Shown: piece after piece, positions 27,347-39,901 of the stretch
How the letters are laid out: every line of letters starts with the position of its first letter
Position numbering within the stretch: the stretch's first letter is position 1
DNA from: Pavona decussata
Lineage: Eukaryota
Direction: 5' to 3'
Length of the DNA stretch: 64,000 nucleotides
NCBI GenBank assembly: GCA_977016875.1
Contig: CDRNST010000093.1
Coordinates: forward strand, 5,270,001-5,334,000
Translations under genes and position numbers: made by a program
The notes under the pieces: model-generated
The model's input: the letters and a program-made list of their open reading frames with translations, nothing else
What the model was told of the DNA's origin: nothing
Databases searched by the model: none

Positions 27347-28285
27347 TAGTCGGACCTCTATTAAGGGGCCACCCTGGGGACTTTGAAAACTGGCCGCTTA
27401 ATAGAGGTTGGCCGTTGAATAAGGGCCGGGTCGCACTAAGCGAATTTTTGTGTCTTCTAATTTTTGGCGGTCAAATTTTTTGGCAAACATTTTTGAACTT
27501 CCAATTTTTAGTCTTGGTCGCACTACGGAAATTTGCAGTTCCAAAACGTCTTTGACTGACAGCAACATCAGTCATAACCCGCTGGGGAAAATGACCCTTC
27601 CTCTCCTGTTACATCAGGAAAAACAAAATGGTTAACGTGACAATGTCTCGGCAACCCAGGAGTGCCCCAATTTCGTCGTAAAACATGCTTTTCTTCTTCG
27701 ACCCTCCAGTCTGGTAACTGTTCCATTTCTTTGCTTCTTTGTAACGTTCTATTAAATACTTGATTTTCTTCATACACTTGATTTCATGCGAGCGTTTAAA
27801 TCGTCGCAGATTTTAATCCACTCCGTTCGTGACTCTCTGCTCTCTAGCCACTCGTGGTTTTCGGCCCACAACTGAACAAGCAGTCGTTGCTCAGCTTGGG
27901 CGCAGGTGTCATACTTTCCTTTTTTGCCTTTCTTGCTCCGCTCAGGAGTGCTGCTAGCACTCGCTTCGCTACAGTGAATGACAGCTTAATTGCTGTACAA
28001 ACAAAATTGGCCGCTTTGCCAAAATTTGGTCGCCTCCGAGGCAGCACTTCGGTGTCTTTGAAGATTGGCGAAATTTTGGCAATCCGCGAAAAATTGGCAA
28101 GTTTTGGAAACGTGAGGTCGCACTTATTTTGCAGTACGTGTTGACAGAGTCTCACTTAAATAAACAAAATTGGCTCTAGTGCGACCCGGCCCTTACTGAC
28201 AAAATAATAATTCAGGACTTTGGAAAGTGGCCGCTTAATGGAGGGTGGCCGCTTAATAGGTGGCCGCTTAATAGAGGTCCGACTG
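27347..28285. mobile_element. Tc1/mariner-type MITE (TA duplication) interrupted by a nested element
   Basis: TA|TAGTCGGACCTCTATTAAG ... CTTAATAGAGGTCCGACTG|TA; internal TGGCCGCTTAAT subrepeats. Confidence 0.75.
27423..28192. mobile_element. Nested PIF/Harbinger-like non-autonomous element
   Basis: TAA|GGGCCGGGTCGCACTA ... TAGTGCGACCCGGCCC|TTA. Confidence 0.75.
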
Positions 28286-28471
28286 TATTATGTAAATAGA
28301 GACGTGACAGCTGTCAGACGCTAACGGAACTGAAAAGATAAAAGGCCTCTTGTTGACAGGAAGCCAATGAGTGGGCAGAGGAACACGATTATGGAACTTT
28401 CCATATTCAAATAAACTGTACTCGTCCGGCAGTCGGAGACCAGCAGGAACTGCTTGTTGATAGCCATCAAC

Positions 28472-28859
28472 ATGTCACAGAAATGGAAGAAACTGGCCAA
28501 TATGGGAGCTCTAAGGAAACAAGACCATCAAGACGGCCATGTTGATTTGGACAACCTGAGTGAAGTCGAACCTGAGCTTTTCATCAAATTTGTGCGAATC
28601 CCAACGCTCAAAACATACACGAGTCTGATCGCAAAACTTAAAAGCTGCCCCAAAAAATGGCTGACAGAGTTTTTGGTGCTAGGGGGGTTGACAACGCTGT
28701 TCGAAGTTCTGGAAAAACTCTGCGAGCGTGGTCTGGCCAAGTTTTCCGATGCATTTCTGCAACTTGAATGTGTTCGGTGCATTAAAGCTGTGATGAGCGA
28801 TGTGACCGGTTTGGAGTTTATATCCAGAGATCCCACACTCACTACCAAACTCGTGACTG
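28472..28859 (+). CDS. INF2: INF2-like formin, variable first coding exon V1 (N-extension + first part of DID/GBD)
   Basis: ATG 28472 MSQKWKKL...EPELFIKF...WLTEFLVLGGL...LQLECVRCIKAVM...KLVT; donor G|GTGAGT, phase 1 (388 nt). Confidence 0.9.
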
Positions 28860-31800
28860 GTGAGTAAAAGTTGTTTACCTTGTCCAAAATTTATTAAGGT
28901 ATAGTACTGCTTAGTGGTGTAGTTAAAACAAATGTTTAAAATTGCATTTAATAAGGCCAACTGAAGTCTAGTTGTCAGTTTTGAACCAGTTTGGTTTGAC
29001 CATTCAAACGGAACAAAGGCACACAACGACAGTGTTCTGATGTGTTCCCAGATCTTTTTGTGGCCTTTTAAAGACGTATTTGTGTGAGCCAATACACATT
29101 GATCCACTCGGGTGGTTTACCTGATTTAGGTAAACGAATTGGTTTTACGAAAATGCAAGCTTACCTTCTTTCGCATTTTTAATGACTTATTTACCCCTTC
29201 GAAAACGAAACGAATTACTTTTTCGGTGTTACGAAATTCTGAGTTGACATTTTGTCAAAGAAAACTGAAGATTTTCTTTACGACTAAATCCGTAATTCTT
29301 GGGCGATTTAAGTCCTCGCCCCCCGAACAGATATACACCTAAGCAAACTGTTGGATACCCCTGATGTCCCTGACGGAAGCTCTTAAGCTTCAGTAAAACT
29401 TGCCAATATAGCACGTGTATTGTTCCTTTTTCAATATCTTACAAATTCAAGGGTTTCCGATATAAAAACAAATGGTATTTATATAATCTTGAGTTAATTT
29501 TAGGCGAAAAGACTTCTAAAAGGGGGGTAAGAAAGAATAGTTCCAGTCACGATCGCCAATTTTTTGACTGCCTATCTTATTGTAGAATTCGAGCCAAACT
29601 ATTTGCGTTACATTACATAATTGTTTATTATGTTAATCTTCAGAGAACTATATCTGACAGTTTATTCTAATCATTTTGAACTTGAAAATGGTATCATGAC
29701 GACTCGATTTTATCGTTGATTTTTACTTGTTTATCTATATCTTATCAGTACTGTCAATAAAATGAAACATCTTGGAATACTGTCGAAAATATAGAGAAAA
29801 ATTCAATGTTCTCTACACTTCTCCCTTACTGTAAAACAGTAGTGGAAAATCGAAAGAACTATCCTCTCTTGACTTCGTGTAGTCTGCACTGGACTCATGA
29901 AAAATTACACAGAAAAATTGATAAATAACTGTTATAAGAATCAAACAAAAACAAGGCGACCGCAATCTTAAAAAATTGTGCCGCCCAAATTCTGACAACC
30001 TGTCTCTTCAGGCAAATGTTTTGAGGCCGCAATAAGGAGGGGCTTCAGATATTTATAGGTACGAAAGGGTGTTATTTAAAATCACGAGTTTTGAAAAAAC
30101 TTACAATCTTTTCCTAGACAACTACCTGAAAGATAGCACTAGCAGACTGTATATTACGAATTCATTTTTACCTTCACACACAGACATATATAGTTCTGCA
30201 CATTCCGAGGTATGTCCCAAAAGACTGGACTTTAAGAGATCGGTTTTCCTATAGACTGAAACTGACTAATGATTTCACCATTGGTACGCCAAATTTTTGA
30301 AGTATTTCTTTATTGTTTCAATTTAAACATGGGAGGGGTGGCTTAATTGGGGGGGGGGGTATTAAAATATGTAACCTCCAAACGGGGGGCTTATTAGAGT
30401 TAACATCGTCTTCAGCATATATCATAAGATGCCATAAAAACTACAACTGAGGAGATTTTCAAACTGAACACCATTAGATTTACACTGACCGCCAATGAGA
30501 AGGCAGCAACTGGCTACATTGCATTCTACGACTTCCTCTCGACCTTTTGCCCACAATTTACCTCCACATGTTGTTTATGACATCCAGTTCACATAAGAAT
30601 TAATTTTGTTTATCAGCTAATGACAAAATGCGATTAATTAAGAGTGTTGTCCACGTCCCGTTTGATATCGCAGTGACTTAAGAAGTCTTTAGGAAGCAAC
30701 ATTGGCAATCTTGCCTAAAGTGTAAGAAAGTTATGCTTACTTTTAATATCACCACAATTTCTGTTTACCATTGACTGTTAGAGCCAATACGGTATCGTAT
30801 TCAATATATATCGTGCGATGTCATAATGGCTAGGAACTATTGAGAATTTGAGACTGAACACTCTTAGATTTAAAGTACACTAACCACCAATGAGAAATCA
30901 GCAACTAGTTTCCTTACAACTTCCTTTCCACCTTATGCGCAGAATTTACCACCACCGTGTCCGGTTGATTAGAATTTTATCTCAGTGTTTATCAACCAAT
31001 GCCAAAGTTCCATTCATTGAGAGTGTTGTGGTTTGATACGACATTCGTTAAATTAAGAGGGCTTAGAATAATATTGTCCTTGGCAGAAGTTTTTTTCGCG
31101 GATCCCATTGGCAATTCAAAAGAGCTGTTATCATTGAGAAGCTTTCCCACTTGATACTGCAACAGGACGCAATATTTTCTAATTTTTGAAATGATTTCAG
31201 TTTTGTTACAAGTAATTTTTTGTACGTACGTGGTATAAATCTGTTTAAATGTCCTGAATAGGAGAAACTTAACGGCGGTTCCTCGTACGAACGCCAGCTT
31301 TTGAGATCAAAATTCTAATCTGGCTTGAAGTCAAGCCAAATACCGTGTGTTTCTTAGAGAACCAATCTCAGTGTACTTCACTACTGAATACATGATAAAT
31401 GGTAATCCAGGATTGCCAGTTTAACTTTTTAGTCTATGGATGAAATCCTGCATAAACTGCGACAATTTGAAATTTTTGAATTTTGAAATTTTACGACTGG
31501 AATTACCCTATTTCCTTGAACAAGCGACGAGGGACTTGTCTCACACTTCGAATTCTTGTGTATTTAATACTTGACTTTGGTCAAGTTCAACAGTTCAAGT
31601 CCTTGACCACGGTAAATATGTACTATATATGGCAATTTTTTTATTGGTAAGGGTTGAGGCGTTGTTTGAGTTTCCTGGGCACATAAGGGGGTGATTATTC
31701 ACGGGTGGTAGTTGACGAGGAAATACCATTACACTGATACGCTATTTTAATAACGCTAAACTACAATCGACTACAAAAAGAGTCTACGGAAGCATTCAGG

Positions 31801-32862
31801 GGGATTCCCATGTCTCGATGTAGCTAAAGGCCTGCTACCCCGTACAATCATCAAAAAAATCAATGCCTGTTCAATAGCTAGGTTTTAGAGTAAAAAATGA
31901 CAAAATAGCACTCGAAAACCACTTAGTTTTCCTTTCATCATGTTGAGTATTTCCGTTTGATTTGTGTTCAGTATCACTGGTATGAATGACGCCGGAACTC
32001 GCATTTCTCGAACACCCAGTGAACACAAGACTCACAATTAGATCACATTTTCCTGCCATACGCGGCCGTCAGCTTCCTACATTTGATAGTCATCAGTGTA
32101 CACCAGTAAGGCTCGCAACGTGCTCAGCGTACGGCTTGCACGAGGAAGGGGATCATAGTTCATTTCACTCAATAGCCGTGGTCACACTACACAAATTTTT
32201 ACCCAGAGAAAAAGTGTAAAGTTTACTCATAATGAAACCGGGCACATCGGTACAGCCAGCATGTGGGGTTGTCTAGATCTTATAAAAATGACATTTCGGT
32301 CGCCAAGTTGAAGTTTTGGCACGCAAATTAAAAACGGAACCATGCTCGAATCATGCAAGAACCATGCTCTTGCTCGAATGTCAAAGCCAATAAAAGAGAA
32401 GTTTTCGTCTCAGTTTCCTGCTACTTCTAATGTTACCGATTTCAATGGATAATTTGCTTTCCCTAGGAATCAAGTCAAGTTTCCCGATCCCGAGGGCAAA
32501 AGTGTGTAGTGTGACCTTGGTTATGTCTTCCGGCCCTTTCGTTCCCGCCTTTCCACTGGCGCGACGCTGTTGTCCAATCAGATTTCAGATATGCCCCGTC
32601 ACAGTCGACGCGCGACCAACCGAATTCATCCTTTCGTGTCATTATTCAAAATACTTAAACCGATGACATAACTGTAAGTTGTTATTTGAATAGACCTGTT
32701 GGTCGGTAAACATTATCGTCATTGAATAATTTGGTAGACCACCGGAAACATGTGGGCGCGAGGAGGAACTCAAACCATACAAGCCTTGATCGAGTGATTT
32801 TAAACAGAAACTTGTCAAAATTTTTGCCAGAGTAGACCCCGGCTTTCCTGAGAACAGTGGAC

Positions 32863-33247
32863 ATGGCGTTCTGGAGAAGATTGTCGCTGAAAGCCGGGAT
32901 TGGCGTTCCGGACGAGAAGGACGGTGAAAATGATCTCCAGAATTTAAAAGAAGTTGAACCTGAGCTATTTATCAAGTTTTTGCGAATTCCGTCGCTTAAA
33001 ACTTATTCGAGTTTAATCACAAAACTTGAAGACTGTTCCAAAGAATGGTTGAGGGAGTTTTTGGAGCTTGGAGGGTTGACGTCGTTGTTTGAAGTTCTCC
33101 AGAAACTCGGCGAGCGAGGTCTGGCTAAATTTTCCGATGCCTTTTTGCAACTTGAATGCGTTCGATGCATTAAATCTGTAATGAACAATGTGACCGGATT
33201 GGAGTTTATGGCAAGTGATGTTTCGTTGACAAGACATCTTGCAAATG
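32863..33247 (+). CDS. INF2: INF2-like formin, variable first coding exon V2
   Basis: MAFWRRL...EPELFIKF...WLREFLELGGL...LQLECVRCIKSVMN...HLAN; donor G|GTAAGT, phase 1 (385 nt). Confidence 0.9.
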
Positions 33248-36200
33248 GTAAGTTAAGATTATTTGTGTTGTTCTTCAGTGAAGAATGAAGTGTATTCCAA
33301 AAGCAATTATGTGATTAGGTTGGGAGGCGCTGACGTATTTGAATCCATTAGCGTCTTTTGTTTGCCAATATACGATCGGTACGAGAGGGCCGTGAGTTAA
33401 CACATCAAACAAAGTAAATTGCTTTGAATAGTTAGCAGTATCTTGAAACAAAGTTCCTTAAAATCTGAAAGTTAGAGTGAGGAATTTTAATTTACATATA
33501 TTCATGTCTTGTTCATGAGGGTTGTTTTCAAAAGACTGCCAACTGTTGGTGTTTCAAGTGCGTGCGTCACGTTATTTGTGAATGACATTTGTCAATTTTC
33601 AAATGGGCTTTCGTGACTTCTCCGCTGTGAAGCATATGCATATTCATGCAAATAAAGTTTTGTAAAATTTTTACTCTTATTTTCGTCGCTGGCTAGCCCA
33701 TCGAATTTAATAACTCCTTTGAGTTCAAAGGTGCTTGAAGCTTATCAAAAGTCTTATTAGTTGATAAAAAAAAATAGATAACCAAATTAGCGAAGCGTAT
33801 CTTCGTATAATGATATGCAAAAGCTAAGTCGCTCGTACCCACATCACATAGTCAGTAGTATCAAGTTTATTTGTGTTGTCGTATTGAGTGGGCTTGAAAA
33901 GACACAAGGAAAACGGCAGCTCGATCAACGAATTACGTAAATCTGTTTGCATTTTGGATTGTCTAGATTCCTGTGGCGAAAGAGTTATCAGTATTATGAC
34001 TGAAATGAAGACAAACTTTATGATTGTTTTGTCTAGAACAGTAATACTGCAGCAAGATAAGCTCAGAAGAACAAAGGTTTTTACGACTTACAATCATAAT
34101 TCAAATACCTCTAGCGTACTTTGTTTGTGCTTAATTATTTGGCCGTGATTACGGTATACGTATAATTTTTTCTGTACCCTGTGAAAAAAACTGAGCCTGT
34201 GTATGTAATCTTCAAGTGTGACCTTCCAAATTCTTTGTGGTGCTTTAAATTGCTAAATTTCCTCTCAGATATTCGTATTTCCATCTGGGTTTCTGTGTTC
34301 CATTTTTAGGAGGTAAATCGAGGTTAATTAATACTTCGACACAATACTTATCACATAAACTCATTTGTCCATATATTAAATGGGTAAACAGTCGCATCAC
34401 CCACTCTTTGAGTTTGATGCCTGTGTGGCTCAGATCAGAAGGTTGGAGAAAAAATCCGCGTGCAAAGATCGTGATGTTTAGCCGGTTGCTTCGTCATATT
34501 TTGGTGATTTTGTCTAGTGACATATTTTGGGTGTGAAAACATAGTTGAGCGACAGATCTAGGTACCCAGGTCCCTCAGAGCTAGCCGACCATTCATTATT
34601 GATTTATTTTTATTTTTGTTTTTATTGAGTCAATTTGTTTAAAGCGAGCTGTTCAAACAGACCTGATGCCCATGCGCGCGATGAAAGAATTAGTTTATGA
34701 ATCTAGAGCATTTGTTTACGTGTTATTTTAGTATCCATTGCTTTTCTTCGCCTACGGCAAGTTCTCTTATCTTTAGCTGACCAGGCATGCAGCTGCAAAC
34801 TTAGGTTTTAAATATCTATTGCCCTCGGCAATGCTTAGGGTGGGGGTCTTTCTTTAAAAGTTCAGCCTGGCCTTATTGGGATACATTAGCATAAACAACA
34901 AAATTAGACTATAAATTGAAGGAGCTTGGCAAACTTAGTGCTCACTGAACATATCAGAGTGATTTGCTAAACAGTTTTTGTTAAATGACTTTTGAAAGTA
35001 TCTTGAAAGGTTTTACAAAGAATGGTGACTCGCCAAGCCACACAACAGCCTGCAGAGTATGCCAGAACTCGACCTCATGCGTGCAAAGACATTTCATATT
35101 TTACTAGCGTGCACCACGTGCAGTATCATCTTCGACGTTACCTGATGCACTGACGCGTGCAGATTGTACATTTCAGTATAAAACCTCACCTGAAAATCTT
35201 AGTTGTAGGGGTAGAATGATATATTTTCGTTTCAAAGTAACGTAAAAAACGCTTTTTTTTTTAAGTTCTATTCCCATAAAAATTTATCAATGTAAGACAA
35301 ACATATACTTAAATAAGAGTGGAAATTTAACATTCTGAACGGTATGTAGTAAGGGTTATTTTCCAGCAAATTTCTTCAGTAAACTAAATTTGGCGTTCAT
35401 TATGCCAGAAAGTTTTGCGTGCGCACAAAACGCGCGCGAACGATAGTCGCGCGTGTGCCTGCCGGTGCCATGCTGTGCAGACTGAGCCATACATTCTTTG
35501 TAAACTTCGCAGCTATGAAAGCTAAGTTTTTCCCGAGAGAATTGAGCATATCTCACTGATCAGTTCACCCTAATTCCCAAGTTTGACTTGATAATTTCTG
35601 TCATTTGGTTTGTGGTTTCCTTTTGTTCGTAGCGTATTGCTTCACATATGCTAATAACGAAAAATGTAAACAATGACGTCAGCAAAGATTCCCGTATAAA
35701 GTGCGGAAGTTAAACCTCTGAGGCTGGAGTCACGAAGCCATTAAAGTTAAGATGTAACCTAGATATTGTTTCTTTGTGAATCCGGTCCCTGGACTTCCTG
35801 GAAGTTCTAACCACGTATATCAGTGTTTTCAAGATGGCAATCGTCGCGCGGTTTTGAATGAAGACCAATGAAATATTTTTCATAACTAACTATTTTAGTG
35901 TGTCCAGATAAAATGTGAATGGTTTTAAATGAAAGCTACTAAAATTGCATTCAGGAATGGACAAAATACTATCTTAAACATGCCGTGCTCTGAGTTGAAA
36001 AAACTTGAATTGTTTTGGAGGCTTTTGTTTTTGCGTTTGGGCTGAACCTTGATCTCTTGGCAGGCCTCTGTATTTATAAGAGATTCAGCTGAAAAAGAGA
36101 TCATATTCAACTCCCTTCTAGAGTGCCTAGCTTAACCTTTTTTAAGTGGTGTGAATGAAGGCCTGAAGTGCAGTCATTGAAAGTATTATAAGTGTCCTGT

Positions 36201-36929
36201 GTATGCGACACATGCACTATGTTGCTCACAGAAAGCAAAATAAGAAGCTGAACATTTGGCAGCAGTAGTCAGTCCAAGTTACAAGAAATCATTCACCGTA
36301 TTTCACCTGATAATAGAAAGATTTAGAATCGAGTTTATGGGAAACGGCAAACGCGAGATTCGCGTTTATGTTTCCTTGAAAAAAGTGAATACATAGATGA
36401 GAATAATGCAAAATGATTCTGGCCTTTGATGCTGACGCAAAACTACTCAATTTTACTGAGAAGAGGCAAATGTAGGATAAACATGGTCACGTAGTCAACT
36501 CTGCCGTTTGCTGAATGTTACCGGCTTAATCCTTAGGAAATAAAGGCTAAAATTAGTTTTACAGATTATATATTTTCAAACTAGGGAAGGAAAACCTCGT
36601 TGAGGTATACCAGTTGGCTGGAAAAAAGCCGGTTTTTGACAATTATTCCACGAGTTGGCTTCTCGCATGATTCCTATTTGTAAACGTGGTGGTTTGTCAC
36701 GCAATATGCAACTATTAAAGATTTCGTGATCTATCTCGCCTCGTTTTGGGTTTGCACTGATTAGAATAATATTATCCGACAGCTGGGTTTAAAACAAGAG
36801 GACCGTAACCATTTGCAGCTGACAATTACAATTGTTTGCTATGAAAATATCGTCCTTTCGAAACTGTTGACGGACTGAAGTTGTTTGTAGTCACGAATGT
36901 AACATTTTGCTCTCCACAATTTGCTAAAA

Positions 36930-37329
36930 ATGGCAAACTCGGGCTGGAAGAGACTCCGAAAGTCGCCTATCTTTCAGCAGAATGTCCACGTGGAATCAAA
37001 CCAGGGACAATTCAGCAACATCGAACCAGAATTGTGCATTAACCTGCTGCGCATACCATCGCTGAAAAACTTCTCCTCGCTTCACCCTAAACTCGCCAAA
37101 TGCTCAACCGAATGGATGTCAGACTTTCTTTCCCTTGGAGGTCTGGATGTGCTTTTGAACGCTTTGGAGATCCTATCAGCGCGTTTGTCCGCTTCAAGTC
37201 GCCATTTTGCCTTCATGGATGCGTTTGTGGCGATCGAGTGTGTTCAGTGCGTCAAAGAGGTCCTGAACTCTCAAGGAGGAGTGCAGTATTTTCTGACCTC
37301 GCCAGATCTTGTCTGCCAATTAGTTTACG
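36930..37329 (+). CDS. INF2: INF2-like formin, variable first coding exon V3
   Basis: MANSGWKRL...EPELCINLLRIPSLKNF...WMSDFLSLGGL...IECVQCVKEVLNSQGG...QLVY; donor G|GTAAGA, phase 1 (400 nt). Confidence 0.9.
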
Positions 37330-39525
37330 GTAAGAAAATGTTTTCCTGTTGGGCAAAACTATGCTTGCTTTAAATATTCTGCTTTATTAAAACCTTGTTT
37401 GTAATAACAATTGGCGTAAAATTGCCCCGTGGTCTTTGTCCTCGAGTTTCGCACATTTCAGTATTTCACTATTTCAGTTTCTAAAGCTCCGTCACGGAAC
37501 TTGCAATAGGATCTCTTTGTTTCATTTTCGCTTATTTTTACAATGCTTTTCACCCTCTCCTCGGCTGTAAAAACTAAAGATGCAATCATAACTGGCTTTC
37601 TAAAATGTCTGCGCCAAAGACATTTGGTCTACCACCTACTACGCAGCACATTAAGATTCACATACTTCTCGAAGGTTAAATACTCACTGTACTAAATTGG
37701 AAACGTTCAGAGAAAACAAACAGGCGGGGGTATTTTACTTTGCTCGTAAAATGAGCCATTTTAGACAAAGCTATCATATCACAAAAATTAGATAATTTTA
37801 GGCAAAGCTATCATATCACAAAAATTAGATAATTTTATCCTAATTCGCTTTTTATAACAAACGAATCGCGGTTTCCGGTGACAAGTATTATATGCAGTTA
37901 AATCGACAGGATACTAATCCAAATTGGACGTTAAAGGGATTACTTGTACTGGAGTCAAGTGAGAAGACTAAACCACAATGCCGGTTCCTTACGGTGTTCT
38001 GTTTCAAGCTGATTCTTATAAGTTTTACAACGGAAGTCTTTATCTCATAAGAATACCTCTTTGGAGAAAGCGCGCGTGCTCATTATGTGACTTAGAAAAC
38101 ACACAGACTGGAAGTGATTGTCAAAATTGACAAGCACGTTAGGAAGCACCACCGCTCCATGCGTAACTCTTTCCCAGAAGTCACGACCTTTTAAGCTCCA
38201 CTTGTGTTCTATATTTGTTGCTTTAACAATGTTAGAACGCTCAGCACCTCAGTTTAGGTGATGGGGGCGAGGTGGGATGATGTTTGACAAACAGATTTTT
38301 TGTTGAAGGAGTATTGGCAAACATGTTGTTAGTCTCGTCAGTACACGTACGATGCAATCATAAGCATTATCTATGGAATGTTTACCAGCGAAAGGCAAAA
38401 AGACGCCAGGAGACGTGTGGCGTACAAGGCTGATAACTATTACAGAATACCTGAAAACTAATATCCTAATTATGCGACAAGATAATTAATCATAAAAGTA
38501 TCCGATAAGGATGTAACCAGTTTAAAGTTCACGTGAATACTAATTAATTGAGAGTAGTTTCATTGGGATCTAAGTTTTTGTGTCAAAACTGTGCTAACAG
38601 TTAAAACTTAATATCTTCGCTCGTTCGCTCCTTCGGTTTAGTCTTTTAAAATAACGAAATAAAAAATGGGTGACAGAGACCCTTTTAGAAAAACGCCCTT
38701 TTCTTTTAAGGATATGGTGTAGTAAATCAAACGAGTTATCTTTCTAAAATTATAACCGTCCCCGTTTACATACCAGGGGCACCCAAGGATATCTTAAAGT
38801 CCTTAATCGCCTCACAAACTGAAATTCGGATTTAGGTCGTAAAGAAAGTCTACAGTTTTCTTCGGCAGTGTCAGCTCAAAATTACATAACACTGGAAAAC
38901 TAATTTCTTTTGTTTTCGAAGGGGCAAATATGTCATTAAAGATGCGAGAATAGGTTAGCTGGCATTTTCGCAAAACCAACAATAAGCTCGGGAAATAAAA
39001 TTCCATTTCCTAAAACTTTCCGCACTTTAAATTTTCAGCTAAAGTATCCGAACAGATCAATCTGTATTAACTTACACAGATATGTCTTTAAAAGGCCTCA
39101 AAGCGATCTGGAAACACAGGAGACAAATTTTAAGGATTTTGCCTTAATGTTCTCGCTGGGTGCCTCATGTCAGCGATAATTCGTCTTTATTGCAAAAACG
39201 GCTAATGAATTTAGGCGTCTATAGCTTTGGTTTGGTGTTTTTGCTGTACGTTAAGCAAGTCACTTTGATTAATTATGTCAGTGCACATGTCATTCATTTC
39301 TTGCCATAATTCTGAAGAACATTAATACATGAAGTTATTGTCCCTTGGTGCTTTTACGTTTGCATATTTGCAATTTTGTGATCGCTGTTTGTCGCTAAAA
39401 AAGCGAGATTGGCCTGTAGAAAACGGCGCGCTCATTGTTACCATGGAGAATGCAATGATTGGCATTTAAATGGCCCGTGCCCTGCGGGAGCACCAAACTA
39501 CCTGTGAAATGTATTCTGTTCCAAG

Positions 39526-39901
39526 ATGTCGCGAATGGCCGTTAAAAACAAATGGTCTTCTCTGAGAAGACAACTCTCTGGCGCAGATCAAACATGTCTG
39601 CTTTCAAACGAAGCGTCTCCTGAATTTTGCGTTCGATTGTTAAAATCCCCGTCTGTCCAAAACTACCATGGCATTCGAAGCAAGTTGAAGAGTTCTTCAG
39701 ATGATTGGATGGCTGAATTTCTTGATAGAGATGGAATGGAGGTCTTGTTAGGCGCTTTGGAGAGATTAAGCTCAAGGAAATTATTTGTGGACGCGGTTAT
39801 GCTTCTTGAATGTACATGCTGTATCAAATCGGTGTTAAACTCCAAAGCTGGATTAGAATTCATGATTGGAAATCGCGACTTTACGAGAAGACTTGGTCGA
39901 G
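39526..39901 (+). CDS. INF2: INF2-like formin, variable first coding exon V4 (ATG 39526 or 39535)
   Basis: MAVKNKWSSLRRQL...PEFCVRLLKSPSVQNYHGIRSKL...WMAEFL...LECTCCIKSVLNSKAG...RLGR; donor G|GTTAGT, phase 1 (376 nt). Confidence 0.9.

Noticed and set aside
28472-33247. V1/V2 as an uncollapsed haplotype artefact
   Set aside because: About 25% amino-acid divergence, many synonymous changes and unrelated flanks are too much for alleles
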